Counted from the first letter of the whole stretch, positions 19,465 to 29,951 are shown. The stretch is DNA of 59,948 bases, filler included, from 7 parts of 7 records of this genome joined end to end with filler, not necessarily neighbours in it, one strand, 5' to 3'. The notes: generated from the sequence alone by a model not told the origin. Made by a program: numbers and translations.

Positions 19465-19947
19465 TTAAAATTCTATACCTAATCCCAAGCCTCCCCAGGG
19501 AAGAATGCGTGTATATTCGAATTGATAAATAGGAGAGAAATAAATTTGGAGAAGCCAATTCAATTTCCAGAATTTTACTCTTTCCCTATATCCGATCCTA
19601 GGGGACAGGTTATGATGCAAAGAATATTCTTCATCACTGGGAATATCTGCCCAAAGGTTGTCTAAAATAGTCGGGACATAGTGAAAACCGCATAAAAATT
19701 GGTGCTTTTCTCCTAATGTAAAATTAATACCAATCGGAAAGGCGAATGCGGCAAAAGCTCCACCTGCTCCAATAGTCAAGGCAAAGGATAAATTTTGTGT
19801 ATTTATAAAACGATAATCATATTCAAGGGTGATCATTCCACCCATTCCTCCGGCAGAATAAGATAAACTATGGTGTTTAATGTCATCATTTGCAGATAAT
19901 GAAAAATTAAAAAATAAAAGGAGTACAATTAAAAAAGATCTTTTCAT
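19465..19947 (-). CDS. Small outer-membrane beta-barrel-like protein, array copy 5
   Basis: Signal peptide, HSLSYSAGG, RIGYR, YFSP, C-terminal GLGLGIEF. Confidence 0.75.
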   Translation of the reverse strand: MKRSFLIVLLLFFNFSLSANDDIKHHSLSYSAGGMGGMITLEYDYRFINTQNLSFALTIGAGGAFAAFAFPIGINFTLGEKHQFLCGFHYVPTILDNLWADIPSDEEYSLHHNLSPRIGYRERVKFWKLNWLLQIYFSPIYQFEYTRILPWGGLGLGIEF

Positions 19948-19962
19948 GGTATGGGCCAATTA

Positions 19963-20454
19963 TTAGAAATAAAATCCAAATCCCAGGTAAACTTCCGGAA
20001 TAAATGCTACTGACCAACAACATATGCTAAATAAAATATCAGAAGAGAGATTAGCTTGAATATAATATTTATGAGCTGTTTTACCAAAATTATAGCGATA
20101 CCCTAATTTGGGAGATAAACTCGGTGCAATTTCCCAAAAATCATATACAAATCCATGAAGATACATATGGGTTGCCGCTAAATTTATTCCTGTAATAAAT
20201 TGATGTTTATTTCCGATGGAATAGTTGAAACCAATTGATGGTGAAAAGTATGAAAAGAATCCCTTTAATTGTAAATTGACTGAAAATTGTCCTTTTGTCC
20301 CTGATTGTAAGAAATATTCAAATTCTGAGGATATCATCGGGAGATGCGTAGAACAACCAAGGTTAAAAGATGCACTCATCTTTGGTGAATCAGCTTCACT
20401 TCCAAATACAAATACAGAGCTTAAAATGAACAAGAGCAATACGGATTTTTTCAT
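19963..20454 (-). CDS. Small outer-membrane beta-barrel-like protein, array copy 4
   Basis: Signal peptide, GNKHQFITG, KLGYRY, C-terminal LGFGFYF. Confidence 0.75.
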   Translation of the reverse strand: MKKSVLLLFILSSVFVFGSEADSPKMSASFNLGCSTHLPMISSEFEYFLQSGTKGQFSVNLQLKGFFSYFSPSIGFNYSIGNKHQFITGINLAATHMYLHGFVYDFWEIAPSLSPKLGYRYNFGKTAHKYYIQANLSSDILFSICCWSVAFIPEVYLGFGFYF

Positions 20455-20471
20455 ATTTCACCTAAATTTAC

Positions 20472-20966
20472 TTATAAGTATGTTCCTAACCCAATTCCAA
20501 AACCTCTAAATACTCGCGTTGATTCCGAATTTATTTCAAGAGATGGAGAAAAATATGCTTGAATAAAATAATGATCTTCTTTAATACGGAAAACCCTTCG
20601 GTAGCCGAATCTGAAAGAAGCATTATGTATACAATTATAGGTGTGAAGCAGTGACTCGCCCCAAAAATCATACACATGATAATTAAAGATAGGCGTATAA
20701 TGCAAGCCCAGGATCATCTGGTTCTTGTGCCCAAGATTGTACACCAATCCTATCGGTAGAATTACGACACCTGCCTGCAAACCCAATCCACTTGAGACCG
20801 ATAATGAACTTGTCGTGCTTTTTGTTAATCGAAATTGATGTTCAAAATATGCCGATGATCTTGGGCCACCGAGGCTTAAAGAGAGGCTATGACGACCAAT
20901 CTCATCATTTGCCGAAAGAGATGAAACTAAACAGAGTGCTAAGATCAGGATCATATATTTTTTCAT
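20472..20966 (-). CDS. Small outer-membrane beta-barrel-like protein, array copy 3
   Basis: Signal peptide, HSLSLSLGGP, LPIGLVYNLGHKNQ, FRFGYRR, C-terminal GIGLGTYL. Confidence 0.75.
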   Translation of the reverse strand: MKKYMILILALCLVSSLSANDEIGRHSLSLSLGGPRSSAYFEHQFRLTKSTTSSLSVSSGLGLQAGVVILPIGLVYNLGHKNQMILGLHYTPIFNYHVYDFWGESLLHTYNCIHNASFRFGYRRVFRIKEDHYFIQAYFSPSLEINSESTRVFRGFGIGLGTYL

Positions 20967-21000
20967 TGAATATCCTTTTTATACATGGAGGCAGGGGAAA

Positions 21001-21504
21001 TTATAAATGTGTACCCACTCCCATGCCGATGCCGGGATATATTCTTGTCGTCTCATCTTCATGGGAAATTGAGGGTGAAATAAATATTTGAAAGAACAGG
21101 TTTTCATCTTTGATCTTAAAGTGTCTCTTATAACCCAGTCTAAAGGAAGCACAGGCTAAATTGTATTCAGTTTCAATTGGTGGTGGCCAGAAATAATCAA
21201 AAACCATCATATAATTGCTGCGAACATATGGAACGTAGTGAATCCCCAGCAAAAATTGGTTTTTCTGTCCAGATGTATACACAAGACCAAGGGGTAGAGT
21301 AAATTGATTTGAGATCATACCTGCCCCAAAAGAGAAGCTGACATTTCCTTTATGATTATCAGATATTTGATATTGATATTCAAAATAGCTGTTTGATTGC
21401 GGACCGCCAATATTAAAGGACAAGCTATGGCGTTGTGAGTTTTCTTCGGCAAAGCACCAACAAGCCGTAATTAGAAATAAGAAAAGTAAAAGGTATTTTT
21501 TCAT
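21001..21504 (-). CDS. Small outer-membrane beta-barrel-like protein, array copy 2
   Basis: Signal peptide, HSLSFNIGGP, LPLGLVYTSGQKNQ, FRLGYKR, C-terminal GMGVGTHL. Confidence 0.75.
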   Translation of the reverse strand: MKKYLLLFLFLITACWCFAEENSQRHSLSFNIGGPQSNSYFEYQYQISDNHKGNVSFSFGAGMISNQFTLPLGLVYTSGQKNQFLLGIHYVPYVRSNYMMVFDYFWPPPIETEYNLACASFRLGYKRHFKIKDENLFFQIFISPSISHEDETTRIYPGIGMGVGTHL

Positions 21505-21568
21505 TTGTTACCTCAAAATGAATTATGTGTGTAAGCTATACCTTATATTTATTTGAGATCAAGATATT

Positions 21569-22063
21569 TTATAAGTATACGCCAAATCCCAAACTTACCG
21601 TACTTCTGATCTCTGTCCAATTTTCTCTGAACAAGATCACCGGTGTAAAATATGCCTGAAGAAAATACGTATCTTCTTTTCCACTGAATAATCTTCGATA
21701 TCCCAATCTAAAAGCATAATTTTTCAGATCGGAATCTTCAAACAGCGGCTCGTCAAGCTCTGAGCTATAACGGTTAAAATCAAAGTTTGGAACATAATGT
21801 AAACCCATAAGCATTTGGTTCTTATGTCCATAGGTATAAACCAGGCCCAAAGGGAGCGGGATTTCCTGTCCATTGAAACCCATGCCGACAGACAGAGAAA
21901 GAGAGCTTTTTTTTGCCTTCAATATTGAATGTTGATATTCAAAATGACCTAGAGATAGCGGTCCTCCCGCATTAATGGAGATATTTTGCTTTAGACCTGC
22001 CTCACTTCCAAAAAGAGACACAAAAAGAGCAGTAAAAATAATCATCGAAAGTAATTTTTTCAT
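21569..22063 (-). CDS. Small outer-membrane beta-barrel-like protein, array copy 1
   Basis: Start MKKLLS at 22063, NAGGP, LPLGLVYTYGHKNQ, FRLGYRR, C-terminal LGFGVYL. Confidence 0.75.
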   Translation of the reverse strand: MKKLLSMIIFTALFVSLFGSEAGLKQNISINAGGPLSLGHFEYQHSILKAKKSSLSLSVGMGFNGQEIPLPLGLVYTYGHKNQMLMGLHYVPNFDFNRYSSELDEPLFEDSDLKNYAFRLGYRRLFSGKEDTYFLQAYFTPVILFRENWTEIRSTVSLGFGVYL

Positions 22064-22236
22064 TGATACACCTTTAAATAAATTGTTTATCCTATTGTTT
22101 AGCGATTTACAGCAAACATACTCGATCAATATAATAATGTTCCCTTAAAATATATTTATTATAGATAAAAACAATATAGAATATTATGAAAAGAATAAAT
22201 TTTTACTCTTAAGCATCCAAGAATGCGGTCAATTTA

Positions 22237-23421
22237 TTAAATAATCCGACTTTTTTTAATAAGGGTCTTAATGGGGTTGATCCCGAACATCGCAACCAGA
22301 TCATCCAATTTTTTAACATCACAGATCAACATATCTGCTTGTTTGCCTTCTTCAATCGAGCCAATGAGCTTATCGCGGGAAATGGCTTTGGCGGCATTGA
22401 GGGTGACGGACTTCAGCGCTTCCCCGGGAGTAAAACCCATGTGCATGACGGCTAGGGACATCATCATGGGGATGCTCAGCGAGGGGCAGGTGCCCGGGTT
22501 ATAGTCGGTAGCCAGCGCGACCGGCATATCGGCATCCAAATACGGTCGGGCATCCGGGTAAGCGGTTTTTAAATAATAAGAACAACCGGGTAGAAATACC
22601 GGAACGGTCCCGGACCTTAACATGGCATCGAATTCGGCGTCGCTGACTTTGTCCAGATGATCGGCGGAAATGGCTTTCATATCTGCGGCCAGTCCGGTAG
22701 CCCCGAGTGCTTCAAATTGTCCTGAGTGTATTTTCAGGGGAAGGCCTTTGGCTTTAGCTGCCTTCAAGAATTTTTCAGTATCCTCAAATGAGTAAGCGCC
22801 CACATCACAATAGATGTCTACGAACTCGGCTTGTTTTTTAGCGAGTTCAAGTCCCTCATTCAACAACCAATCCATGTAGACGTCGGGCTCCTGATCTTGC
22901 GGGTAAACATGCGGACCTAAAAAAGTCGCAACGGTTTCAAGATCGCTTTCATCATTCAATCTGTGAATGACCTCGAACATCTTTGCTTCGGTCGCCGGCT
23001 CAAGTCCGTAGCCGGTTTTGATCTCTGCCGTGGTTGTACCGTGCTTGATGCAAAGTTTGGCGCGTTCGAGAGATTGCTGATAGAGTTCCTCAGCCGAAGC
23101 AGCGCGAGTATCTCTGACGGATGAATGAATGCCACCGCCCTTTTGCTGGATTTCCTGATAGCTCATACCCTGCAGTCGATATTGCAATTCATTTGCCCGT
23201 GAACCGGCATGCACCAGGTGGGTGTGGCAGTCCACAAAACCAGGTATGACCAGTTTGCCCTTGGCGTCGATGACGGTCTCGGCTTGATAGTTAGTATTCT
23301 CACCTTCAAAGACATCGATGATCTTCTCGTTTTTTAAGACGATACAGCCATTTGCGATCTCTCCCAGTGCTGAAACCGTGATAATATGGGCATTTTCAAT
23401 GATGAGCTCAGCTGATCTCAT
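22237..23421 (-). CDS. hutI: Imidazolonepropionase
   Basis: PGFVDCHTHLVHAGSRANE, GGGI.SSV, EIKTGYG, ALATDYNPGT. Confidence 0.95.
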   Translation of the reverse strand: MRSAELIIENAHIITVSALGEIANGCIVLKNEKIIDVFEGENTNYQAETVIDAKGKLVIPGFVDCHTHLVHAGSRANELQYRLQGMSYQEIQQKGGGIHSSVRDTRAASAEELYQQSLERAKLCIKHGTTTAEIKTGYGLEPATEAKMFEVIHRLNDESDLETVATFLGPHVYPQDQEPDVYMDWLLNEGLELAKKQAEFVDIYCDVGAYSFEDTEKFLKAAKAKGLPLKIHSGQFEALGATGLAADMKAISADHLDKVSDAEFDAMLRSGTVPVFLPGCSYYLKTAYPDARPYLDADMPVALATDYNPGTCPSLSIPMMMSLAVMHMGFTPGEALKSVTLNAAKAISRDKLIGSIEEGKQADMLICDVKKLDDLVAMFGINPIKTLIKKSRII

Positions 23422-25093
23422 GTGTCAGTTTCTCCTCCGCGAACAGCGTCAGTTCGGCGGCTTTTTTCTCAACGTCATCGAGTGTTTTCTTGGCTGCTTT
23501 GCGAATGCTTTCGCGCTGTTTGGAATCATCCAAAGACGGCAGGTTGATCAAAACATTATAGTAAGCGCCCCATGCTCCGGCTTGACTTTGTTTTACAGAA
23601 ACGGCTGCATCGGACAAGGCATTCTGATTTCCGTTCTTTAAAACGTATTCGGCGAGTTTGAGAATTTCCGGACACAAGTTCAATGTGCCGTGAGGAATAT
23701 TGATCGCACCAAGAACCGCTTCTTGAATGGCGGCATTGCGCTTCGCTTTCTGTTCGTCCGTTTTCTTTTTCATGCGCATGGCATCCATCCAGACATTGAA
23801 AGCTTCGGTGTCGTCATCGATAAGCTGAAGCGCTTTTACTTTTAGTGCCTGCGCTTCACGACCCGCTTTTTCCATGGGTTCGCGGACGTCGGTATAATTT
23901 TTGTTTTCGAAGGTCAGATTAGCGACCATGGCAGAGAGTCCCGCAGCCAAGGCTGCATTCAATGCCGCCACCGATCCACCGCCGGGTGCCGGAGCGTTTG
24001 AGGATAAAAGATCTGTAAAATTATTCACGGTCAAATGCTTGAGCTGACCATCTTCGTTTTTAAGGGAATATTCCACAATGCGTTTTTGCGGATCGAAAGG
24101 CGAAGTGTCTTCCAGTCCCAGTGAACGCATGGCGATGTTGATAATATCTTTTTCGGGACAAGCCGTGGAGCAACCCTGTTTTTTCAAATAGTGTTCACCG
24201 GAATCCAACATGGCTTGTAAGGGTACCAGTCCGATAAGTTCAGAGCCTGTCACACGAATGCCTTTCTTGGATGCTTCGTCGATGACCATATCGAAAGCCG
24301 TATGTAATCCGGTGATATCAAAGCGATGCAAGTTCATCGTAACCTGGGCATAGCCGTATTCTTCGATGTACCAACCGCCGGCCTGGCAGAATTTCAGTTT
24401 ACCGGGGACTTTGACCATCTTACCGTTCTTATCACGAATGATCTTACCATTGGCATCGCGTTTGGCACGTCCGGTTGAACGAATGGTCAGGGCGATATCT
24501 TTAGCGGCTTTAAGATCCGCCGTATTTAAATTAATATTGTAAGCCAACATGAAGGCGCGGGCACTTACAGATGTGGCACCGGATCTGGGTAAAAAGACCG
24601 GTTCACCAAAATCGGGAGCAAAATCCGGATCTTTGAATTTTTCTTCCAGCGCTTCGTATTCGCCTTTGCGGATATCCGGTAAGTTGTAGCGGTCATCACG
24701 TTGTGCCGCTTCGCCGTATAAATAGATCGGAATGCCGGTAGCATCGTTAATGCGTTTGCCGAGTACTTTCGCCAGTTCGGCGCATTCTTCCATGCTGATA
24801 TTTGAGACAGGAACAAGTGGACAAACGTCCGTGGCGCCCATTCTGGGATGCGCGCCGCTGTGCTTGCTCATGTCGATGAGTTCCTTGGCTTTGGCCACGC
24901 AGGCCACCGCAGCTTCCATGACCGGTTCAGGTTCGCCGGCGAAGGTGACGACCGTTCTATTGGTGTCCTTACCCGGATCTACATCCAGCAGCATCACACC
25001 GTCCACGCGTTCGATCACATCGGTGATCTGTTTTATGATTCCCATGTCCCGACCTTCGGAGAAATTGGGGACGCATTCGATAATTTGTTTCAT
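23408..25093 (-). CDS. ftcD: Bifunctional glutamate formiminotransferase / formiminotetrahydrofolate cyclodeaminase
   Basis: IECVPNFSEGR and HPRMGATDVCP (transferase) fused to the APAPGGGSVAAL cyclodeaminase domain. Confidence 0.93.
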   Translation of the reverse strand: MKQIIECVPNFSEGRDMGIIKQITDVIERVDGVMLLDVDPGKDTNRTVVTFAGEPEPVMEAAVACVAKAKELIDMSKHSGAHPRMGATDVCPLVPVSNISMEECAELAKVLGKRINDATGIPIYLYGEAAQRDDRYNLPDIRKGEYEALEEKFKDPDFAPDFGEPVFLPRSGATSVSARAFMLAYNINLNTADLKAAKDIALTIRSTGRAKRDANGKIIRDKNGKMVKVPGKLKFCQAGGWYIEEYGYAQVTMNLHRFDITGLHTAFDMVIDEASKKGIRVTGSELIGLVPLQAMLDSGEHYLKKQGCSTACPEKDIINIAMRSLGLEDTSPFDPQKRIVEYSLKNEDGQLKHLTVNNFTDLLSSNAPAPGGGSVAALNAALAAGLSAMVANLTFENKNYTDVREPMEKAGREAQALKVKALQLIDDDTEAFNVWMDAMRMKKKTDEQKAKRNAAIQEAVLGAINIPHGTLNLCPEILKLAEYVLKNGNQNALSDAAVSVKQSQAGAWGAYYNVLINLPSLDDSKQRESIRKAAKKTLDDVEKKAAELTLFAEEKLTHEIS

Positions 25094-25106
25094 GTCAGTT
25101 CCTTTA

Positions 25107-25136
25107 GCTATCAGCTGTCAGCTTTCGGCTGTCAGC
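25107..25136. repeat. Heptamer tandem repeat upstream of ftcD
   Basis: GCTATCA GCTGTCA GCTTTCG GCTGTCA GC. Confidence 0.7.
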
Positions 25137-25218
25137 CTATGTTCAACCCATCGACAAGCTCAGGGTTGGGAATATTTATGCTTTCAAATCCCGGCACTTC
25201 GTACCGGGTTATTACTTA

Positions 25219-25318
25219 NNNNNNNNNNNNNNNNNNNNNNNNNNNNNNNNNNNNNNNNNNNNTTAATTAATTAANNNNNNNNNNNNNNNNNNNNNNNNNN
25301 NNNNNNNNNNNNNNNNNN
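25219..25318. other. Artificial contig linker
   Basis: N-run + TTAATTAATTAA + N-run. Confidence 0.99.
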
Positions 25319-25453
25319 AAAGTACGGGTTGGCCAGATCCATGGTGGTATAACCGAACTTCAGGGTTTCATCTCCATCCTGCTGTCCACCGGCAAAGAGG
25401 GCTGCGGGAATCATCAGGGCGGCTAAAATCATCAGAAAAACAAATCGTTTCAT
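25319..25453 (-). CDS. Sugar ABC transporter substrate-binding protein, N-terminal fragment
   Basis: Spirochaete-type signal LFAGGQQ followed by FGYTTMDLANPYF (RbsB-like NPYF). Confidence 0.75.
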
Positions 25454-25670
25454 ATAAAAAACTCCTTTTCGTTAGAATTGTGTTTATCTTAAGGCCGGAT
25501 CCCCGGACTTGACCATTTCATATCTTTTGAATTTTTTTTTGTTTTTTATGATTTTTCTACATTTTTGTGGAATTTGGAACACCTGGACTAAATCATCCTT
25601 GAAAATCCCGGTATTAGGGAGGTGAATTTTCCAGGCTCATACCCCCAGATTAGATGTTATAATAAACGGG

Positions 25671-27431
25671 ATGAGCCAGCCATTCCTGAAAACCGGAAAC
25701 CTCTCCTTCCGTATCAAACTGATTTTCAGTTTCATTGCCCTCTCCATGGTCCCGCTCCTGATCATGTCCTTTCTGGCCTACCGTCTCTCCTACGATATTA
25801 TTTCGGAGAATACGGCGGCCAATGCAGAGATGATAATCGATCGGGTTCAGGATGAGTTGAACGAACTCTTTGACAAAACCCTTCAGGTGGCGGACTCCAT
25901 CGCCGAAAACGCCATTATCCAGCAGGCCCTCCAAGCCAACTTCAACCCTGAGGACGAACAGTTCAGTCTGAACGCCAAGGCCGGGGAGGAGCTCCTTGAG
26001 ATTTTCAAATACAGGGAAGAGCTCTATGGTATTGCGGTCATTGGAGAAAACGGGCAGAGCCTGATAAGCACCGGTAGAGCCACGAGGCAAGAGGATTTCC
26101 GGGGTCGCTACTGGTATCGACAGGTCCTCCAATCGGCTTTCACACCTCACTACTATCCGCCTCACACCGGTTCCTATGTTTTCAATGAGGATGAAACCTC
26201 ATTTTTCACCCTGGCAATCCCGGTGGAGGATCGACTCTCCTCCGCGCGCCTGGGAATCGTGATCATTGAAATAGAAGAGGAGCTGCTCAAGAAACTCATC
26301 CGTCTGAGGCTCGAAGAGAGGGGGTATCTCTTCATCCAGTACGGCCGGGCGGGATTCACGTCCACTGCGGCTCAAGTTCCCGATTCAGAATACCTGGTGA
26401 GGCTGGCCAACAAGAAACCGATCGATCCGGACCTTCTGGAGCAGAAACGGGAAATTGTCCTCATCCGTGAGCTGAATCTGGACGAGGTTCGTCTGGCCTC
26501 GGTGGTCTCACTGGCTGCCCTGGCCATGGACAGCCGAAAAATCGGTATTGTTCTCATCCTCCTGCTCCTGGCCAGCCTGGTGGTTTCAATCATAACTGCC
26601 GCCCTCCTCTCTTTGAGTATAGCCCGGCCGGTTCAGCGAATGCGGGGCCTCATGCTCTCGGTGGAAGAGGGAGACCTCTCGGGCAGGATGACCTACTTGA
26701 GATCCGATGAACTGGGCGATCTGGGGCGTAGTTTCAACCGGATGGTCGAACGGATTTCGACCCTGGTGGAAAACATCAAAGAAGATCAAATCCAGCTGAG
26801 AAAGGCGGAACTGAGAACCCTCCAGGAACAGATCAATCCCCACTTCCTCTACAACACCCTGGACTCAATCAACTGGCTCTCCCGGGAGGGAAGGAACGAA
26901 GAGATACCGGCCATGATCACAGGCCTGACCAATCTCTTTCGCATAAGCTTGAGCCGGGGCCGTGACATCATAACCTTCCGCGAGGAGATGTCCCATGCCG
27001 AAGCCTACCTTACCATTCAGAAAATACGATACGAAAACAGGCTCCGATACGAAATCGATCTGGATGAATCGGCCTCATCCTGCCTCATCCTCAAACTCAT
27101 TATCCAGCCCTTAATCGAAAACGCGCTCTACCATGGGATAAAAGAAAAGAAGGGAATGGGGCTCATTTCCATCCGGGCCAGGAAAGTGAGAACCTTTCTC
27201 ATTGTGGAGGTAGAGGACAACGGACTGGGAATGACCGAAGAACGGCTGACCGAAGTCCGGAAGGCCCTGGCGAGCGGCAATAAAGAAGAAAGAAAAACAC
27301 TTTATGGTATCAAAAACGTCCATGATCGGCTTAAAATATACTATGGAGAGCCTTATGGTTTAACTATCCATTCAATCCAGGGGGAAGGGACTACGGTCAC
27401 CCTGAAAATACCTGTTGTGGAGGAGGAGTGA
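25671..27431 (+). CDS. YesM-type sensor histidine kinase (Cache-HAMP-His_kinase)
   Basis: Two TM helices, HAMP DELGDLGRSFN.M, QINPHFLYNTL, QPLIENALYHG. Confidence 0.93.
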   Translation: MSQPFLKTGNLSFRIKLIFSFIALSMVPLLIMSFLAYRLSYDIISENTAANAEMIIDRVQDELNELFDKTLQVADSIAENAIIQQALQANFNPEDEQFSLNAKAGEELLEIFKYREELYGIAVIGENGQSLISTGRATRQEDFRGRYWYRQVLQSAFTPHYYPPHTGSYVFNEDETSFFTLAIPVEDRLSSARLGIVIIEIEEELLKKLIRLRLEERGYLFIQYGRAGFTSTAAQVPDSEYLVRLANKKPIDPDLLEQKREIVLIRELNLDEVRLASVVSLAALAMDSRKIGIVLILLLLASLVVSIITAALLSLSIARPVQRMRGLMLSVEEGDLSGRMTYLRSDELGDLGRSFNRMVERISTLVENIKEDQIQLRKAELRTLQEQINPHFLYNTLDSINWLSREGRNEEIPAMITGLTNLFRISLSRGRDIITFREEMSHAEAYLTIQKIRYENRLRYEIDLDESASSCLILKLIIQPLIENALYHGIKEKKGMGLISIRARKVRTFLIVEVEDNGLGMTEERLTEVRKALASGNKEERKTLYGIKNVHDRLKIYYGEPYGLTIHSIQGEGTTVTLKIPVVEEE

Positions 27432-29017
27432 TGCTCAAAGTTCTACTGGCGGATGATGAACCTCTTATCAAAACCGGTCTACGAAACGAAATAGACTGGG
27501 AAAGTCTGGGCTGCCTGATTGTTGGTGAGGCGGCCGACGGTGTAGAAGCCCTTGAGCTCATCCGCAGGGAAGAACCGGATATCGTCATTTCCGACGTCAG
27601 GATGCCTGTTCGGGACGGTCTCAGCATGATGGAAGAATCGAGGAAGGAGTCCCCGGACCTTGCTTTCCTCTTTATCAGCGGACACGATGAGTTTGCCTAT
27701 GTCCAGAAAGCCCTGAAAATGGGAGCCCTGGATTACATCCTGAAACCGATTGACATGGTCTACCTTCAGGAAAAGCTGCTCACTGTCACCCGGGAGCTGG
27801 CCTCAAAAGCCGATCGGAAGGGAAAGGTCCAAACCTCCCTGCCGGCCCAGAGTCGCCGATTTCTCCAGGAGATCATCTTCAACGGCCGGACCGATGAGGC
27901 AGAACTGCAGAAGGAGGCGACCGAACTGAATCTCCCGCTGAAAGAAAAATCCTTCCAGGCCATAAGCCTCCAGATGGACCATTACTATCATCACGCTGGG
28001 AATCAGGAGGAAGAGGAGGTGGAAAAACTCCGGGGCACCTTCTACCGATTGGTGAACCTCTTCGATCGAAAGACCTGCTTTACCCTCACCGAATCGTTTA
28101 ATGAATTTGATCTCTGCCTCACCGCGCCGACAGACAGAGCCCTGGAGAGTCTCTGTCAAGACCGAATCCGGACCATCCGGGAAAAGGTGGAAGGTCTACC
28201 CTTCACGGTTTCGATCGGCCTGGGGAATCCCACCATGCGGCTGGGGAAAATTCTGGGAAGCTTCAATCAGGCCCGAGCGGCCCTGGATCTGAAATTCTTT
28301 AAAGGGGATAATCAAGTCTACCGGTTCCGGGAAGTCGAACAGTACCGGGCCAAAAAAGACGCAGTTCCCACCGCCTTGTCCACCGATGCCCTACTTGAAG
28401 CCATCGGCACGGGAAAAACGGAATCCGTTTCCCGGCTGATCGATGATCTGGGCAAAAGGATTCTGGCAGAGCCGTCTCCGAAGCCGCTTCTTTCCTGGAT
28501 TTCCACCGAACTTCTTCTGGAGACCGGCCGTCGGCTGGAAGAGAGAGAGCTCACCCTGGAGGAAGTGATCGACGATCCCTTGAAAGAGTGGCGGGCTCTG
28601 AACGCCTATCACACCGCCGAAGGGTTTCTGGACCGGTTGAAAGAATTACTGACCGCCGTGGCCGCCTATGTGAACATCAGAAAGGAGCAGCACTCCGCCC
28701 AAATCCTCGATCAGTCGATGAAGTCGATCCGGGAGAATTTCACCGACGGAACTTATTCCCTGGAACGGGCGGCGGAAGAGAGCTGCATGAGTCCAAGCTA
28801 CTTTGCGGTCATCTTCAAGCAGGAGACAGGACAGACCTTCAACCGCTACCTGACAAAATTGCGGATAGACAAAGCCAAGGACCTCATTCTCTACACCGAT
28901 ATGAAAAGCTATGAAATCGGCCCCAAGGTCGGCTACGACAATCCCTCCTATTTCAGTACGGTGTTTAAAAAAGCCACCGGCTTAAGCCCTTCGGAGTATA
29001 GGAAGGAGTTTTCATGA
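27428..29017 (+). CDS. YesN-type response regulator (REC + AraC HTH)
   Basis: LADDE, DVRMP..DG, DYILKP, and C-terminal VGYDNPSYFSTVFKK. Confidence 0.93.
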   Translation: MMLKVLLADDEPLIKTGLRNEIDWESLGCLIVGEAADGVEALELIRREEPDIVISDVRMPVRDGLSMMEESRKESPDLAFLFISGHDEFAYVQKALKMGALDYILKPIDMVYLQEKLLTVTRELASKADRKGKVQTSLPAQSRRFLQEIIFNGRTDEAELQKEATELNLPLKEKSFQAISLQMDHYYHHAGNQEEEEVEKLRGTFYRLVNLFDRKTCFTLTESFNEFDLCLTAPTDRALESLCQDRIRTIREKVEGLPFTVSIGLGNPTMRLGKILGSFNQARAALDLKFFKGDNQVYRFREVEQYRAKKDAVPTALSTDALLEAIGTGKTESVSRLIDDLGKRILAEPSPKPLLSWISTELLLETGRRLEERELTLEEVIDDPLKEWRALNAYHTAEGFLDRLKELLTAVAAYVNIRKEQHSAQILDQSMKSIRENFTDGTYSLERAAEESCMSPSYFAVIFKQETGQTFNRYLTKLRIDKAKDLILYTDMKSYEIGPKVGYDNPSYFSTVFKKATGLSPSEYRKEFS

Positions 29018-29886
29018 GCCGGGACACCGGGCATAATGCCGTCAGTGATGAACTCTCCTTTCTCTTTCACAAGGATGTTCAGCGGATCTTCAACAATTTC
29101 ACCGCCCTTTTTAAAATCCGCATCGGGTTCTGTTCTCCCGACGGCCGGGAATTAAAGGTTGGCTTGGACAGGGGACTCTGCTCCTACTGCAGGATGGTCA
29201 GGCTCTGCCCCGGCGGGAAAGAAGCCTGCCGGGAAGAAGACAGGAATGCCCGGCTCAAATCCCTGGAAAAACAGAGCCTCCTGGTGTATACCTGCCACGG
29301 CGGTATGACCGAAGCGGTGAAACCCATCCTCAGAGAAGGGAACCTTCTGGGATTCGCCATGATCGGCCAAATCCGCATGGCCGAAAAACCCCCGGCACGG
29401 TGGGGTGCCCTTTGGGCCCAGCGGAACCAGTTCCCCCCTCTCGCCGAAGCCTTCCGGGAACAGCCCCTCTGCTCAAAAGCAGATCTTCCCCGGATCCTGG
29501 AGTTCTTCTCCGATATCATGGACATGCTTTCCTCTCAGGGAAAAATCCGGGCAGCAGGCAGCGATCGGCTCTCTACCCTGACAGGCTGGATGAAGAACCG
29601 GCCGGATGACCGGATAAGCCTGAACGAAGCGGCCGAAAGGATTGGTCTGAGTCCCTCACGCCTCTCACACCTGATAAAAGAGCGGTACGGGATCTCCTTT
29701 TCCCGCCTCCTGATCAACATAAGAATGGAGAAGGCCCGGTTCTTCCTGACCCACTATCCAGAAAAATCGATCAAGGAAATCGCCCTCTTACTGGGGTATG
29801 GGGATCCCCTCTATTTCACCAAACAATTCAAGAAAGAGACTGGAATAAGCCCTGATCAATATAAAAAACAGCAGGATATTCCATAA
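29014..29886 (+). CDS. PocR-domain AraC-family regulator
   Basis: CSYC...C...YTCHGGMTEA..P.....G..MIGQ (PocR sensory domain) plus AraC HTH. Confidence 0.88.
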   Translation: MSRDTGHNAVSDELSFLFHKDVQRIFNNFTALFKIRIGFCSPDGRELKVGLDRGLCSYCRMVRLCPGGKEACREEDRNARLKSLEKQSLLVYTCHGGMTEAVKPILREGNLLGFAMIGQIRMAEKPPARWGALWAQRNQFPPLAEAFREQPLCSKADLPRILEFFSDIMDMLSSQGKIRAAGSDRLSTLTGWMKNRPDDRISLNEAAERIGLSPSRLSHLIKERYGISFSRLLINIRMEKARFFLTHYPEKSIKEIALLLGYGDPLYFTKQFKKETGISPDQYKKQQDIP

Positions 29887-29951
29887 TTTCAGCCGATTTT
29901 CACCAAACACAAGCCTACAGAGCTCCTCTATGATGATTGCCGGAGGAAATT

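Noticed and set aside
19341-22063. Integron cassette array or DGR target array
   Set aside because: Spacers are only a few to about 65 nt with no shared attC-like palindrome. No integrase, RT or near-identical TR/VR pair in this contig.
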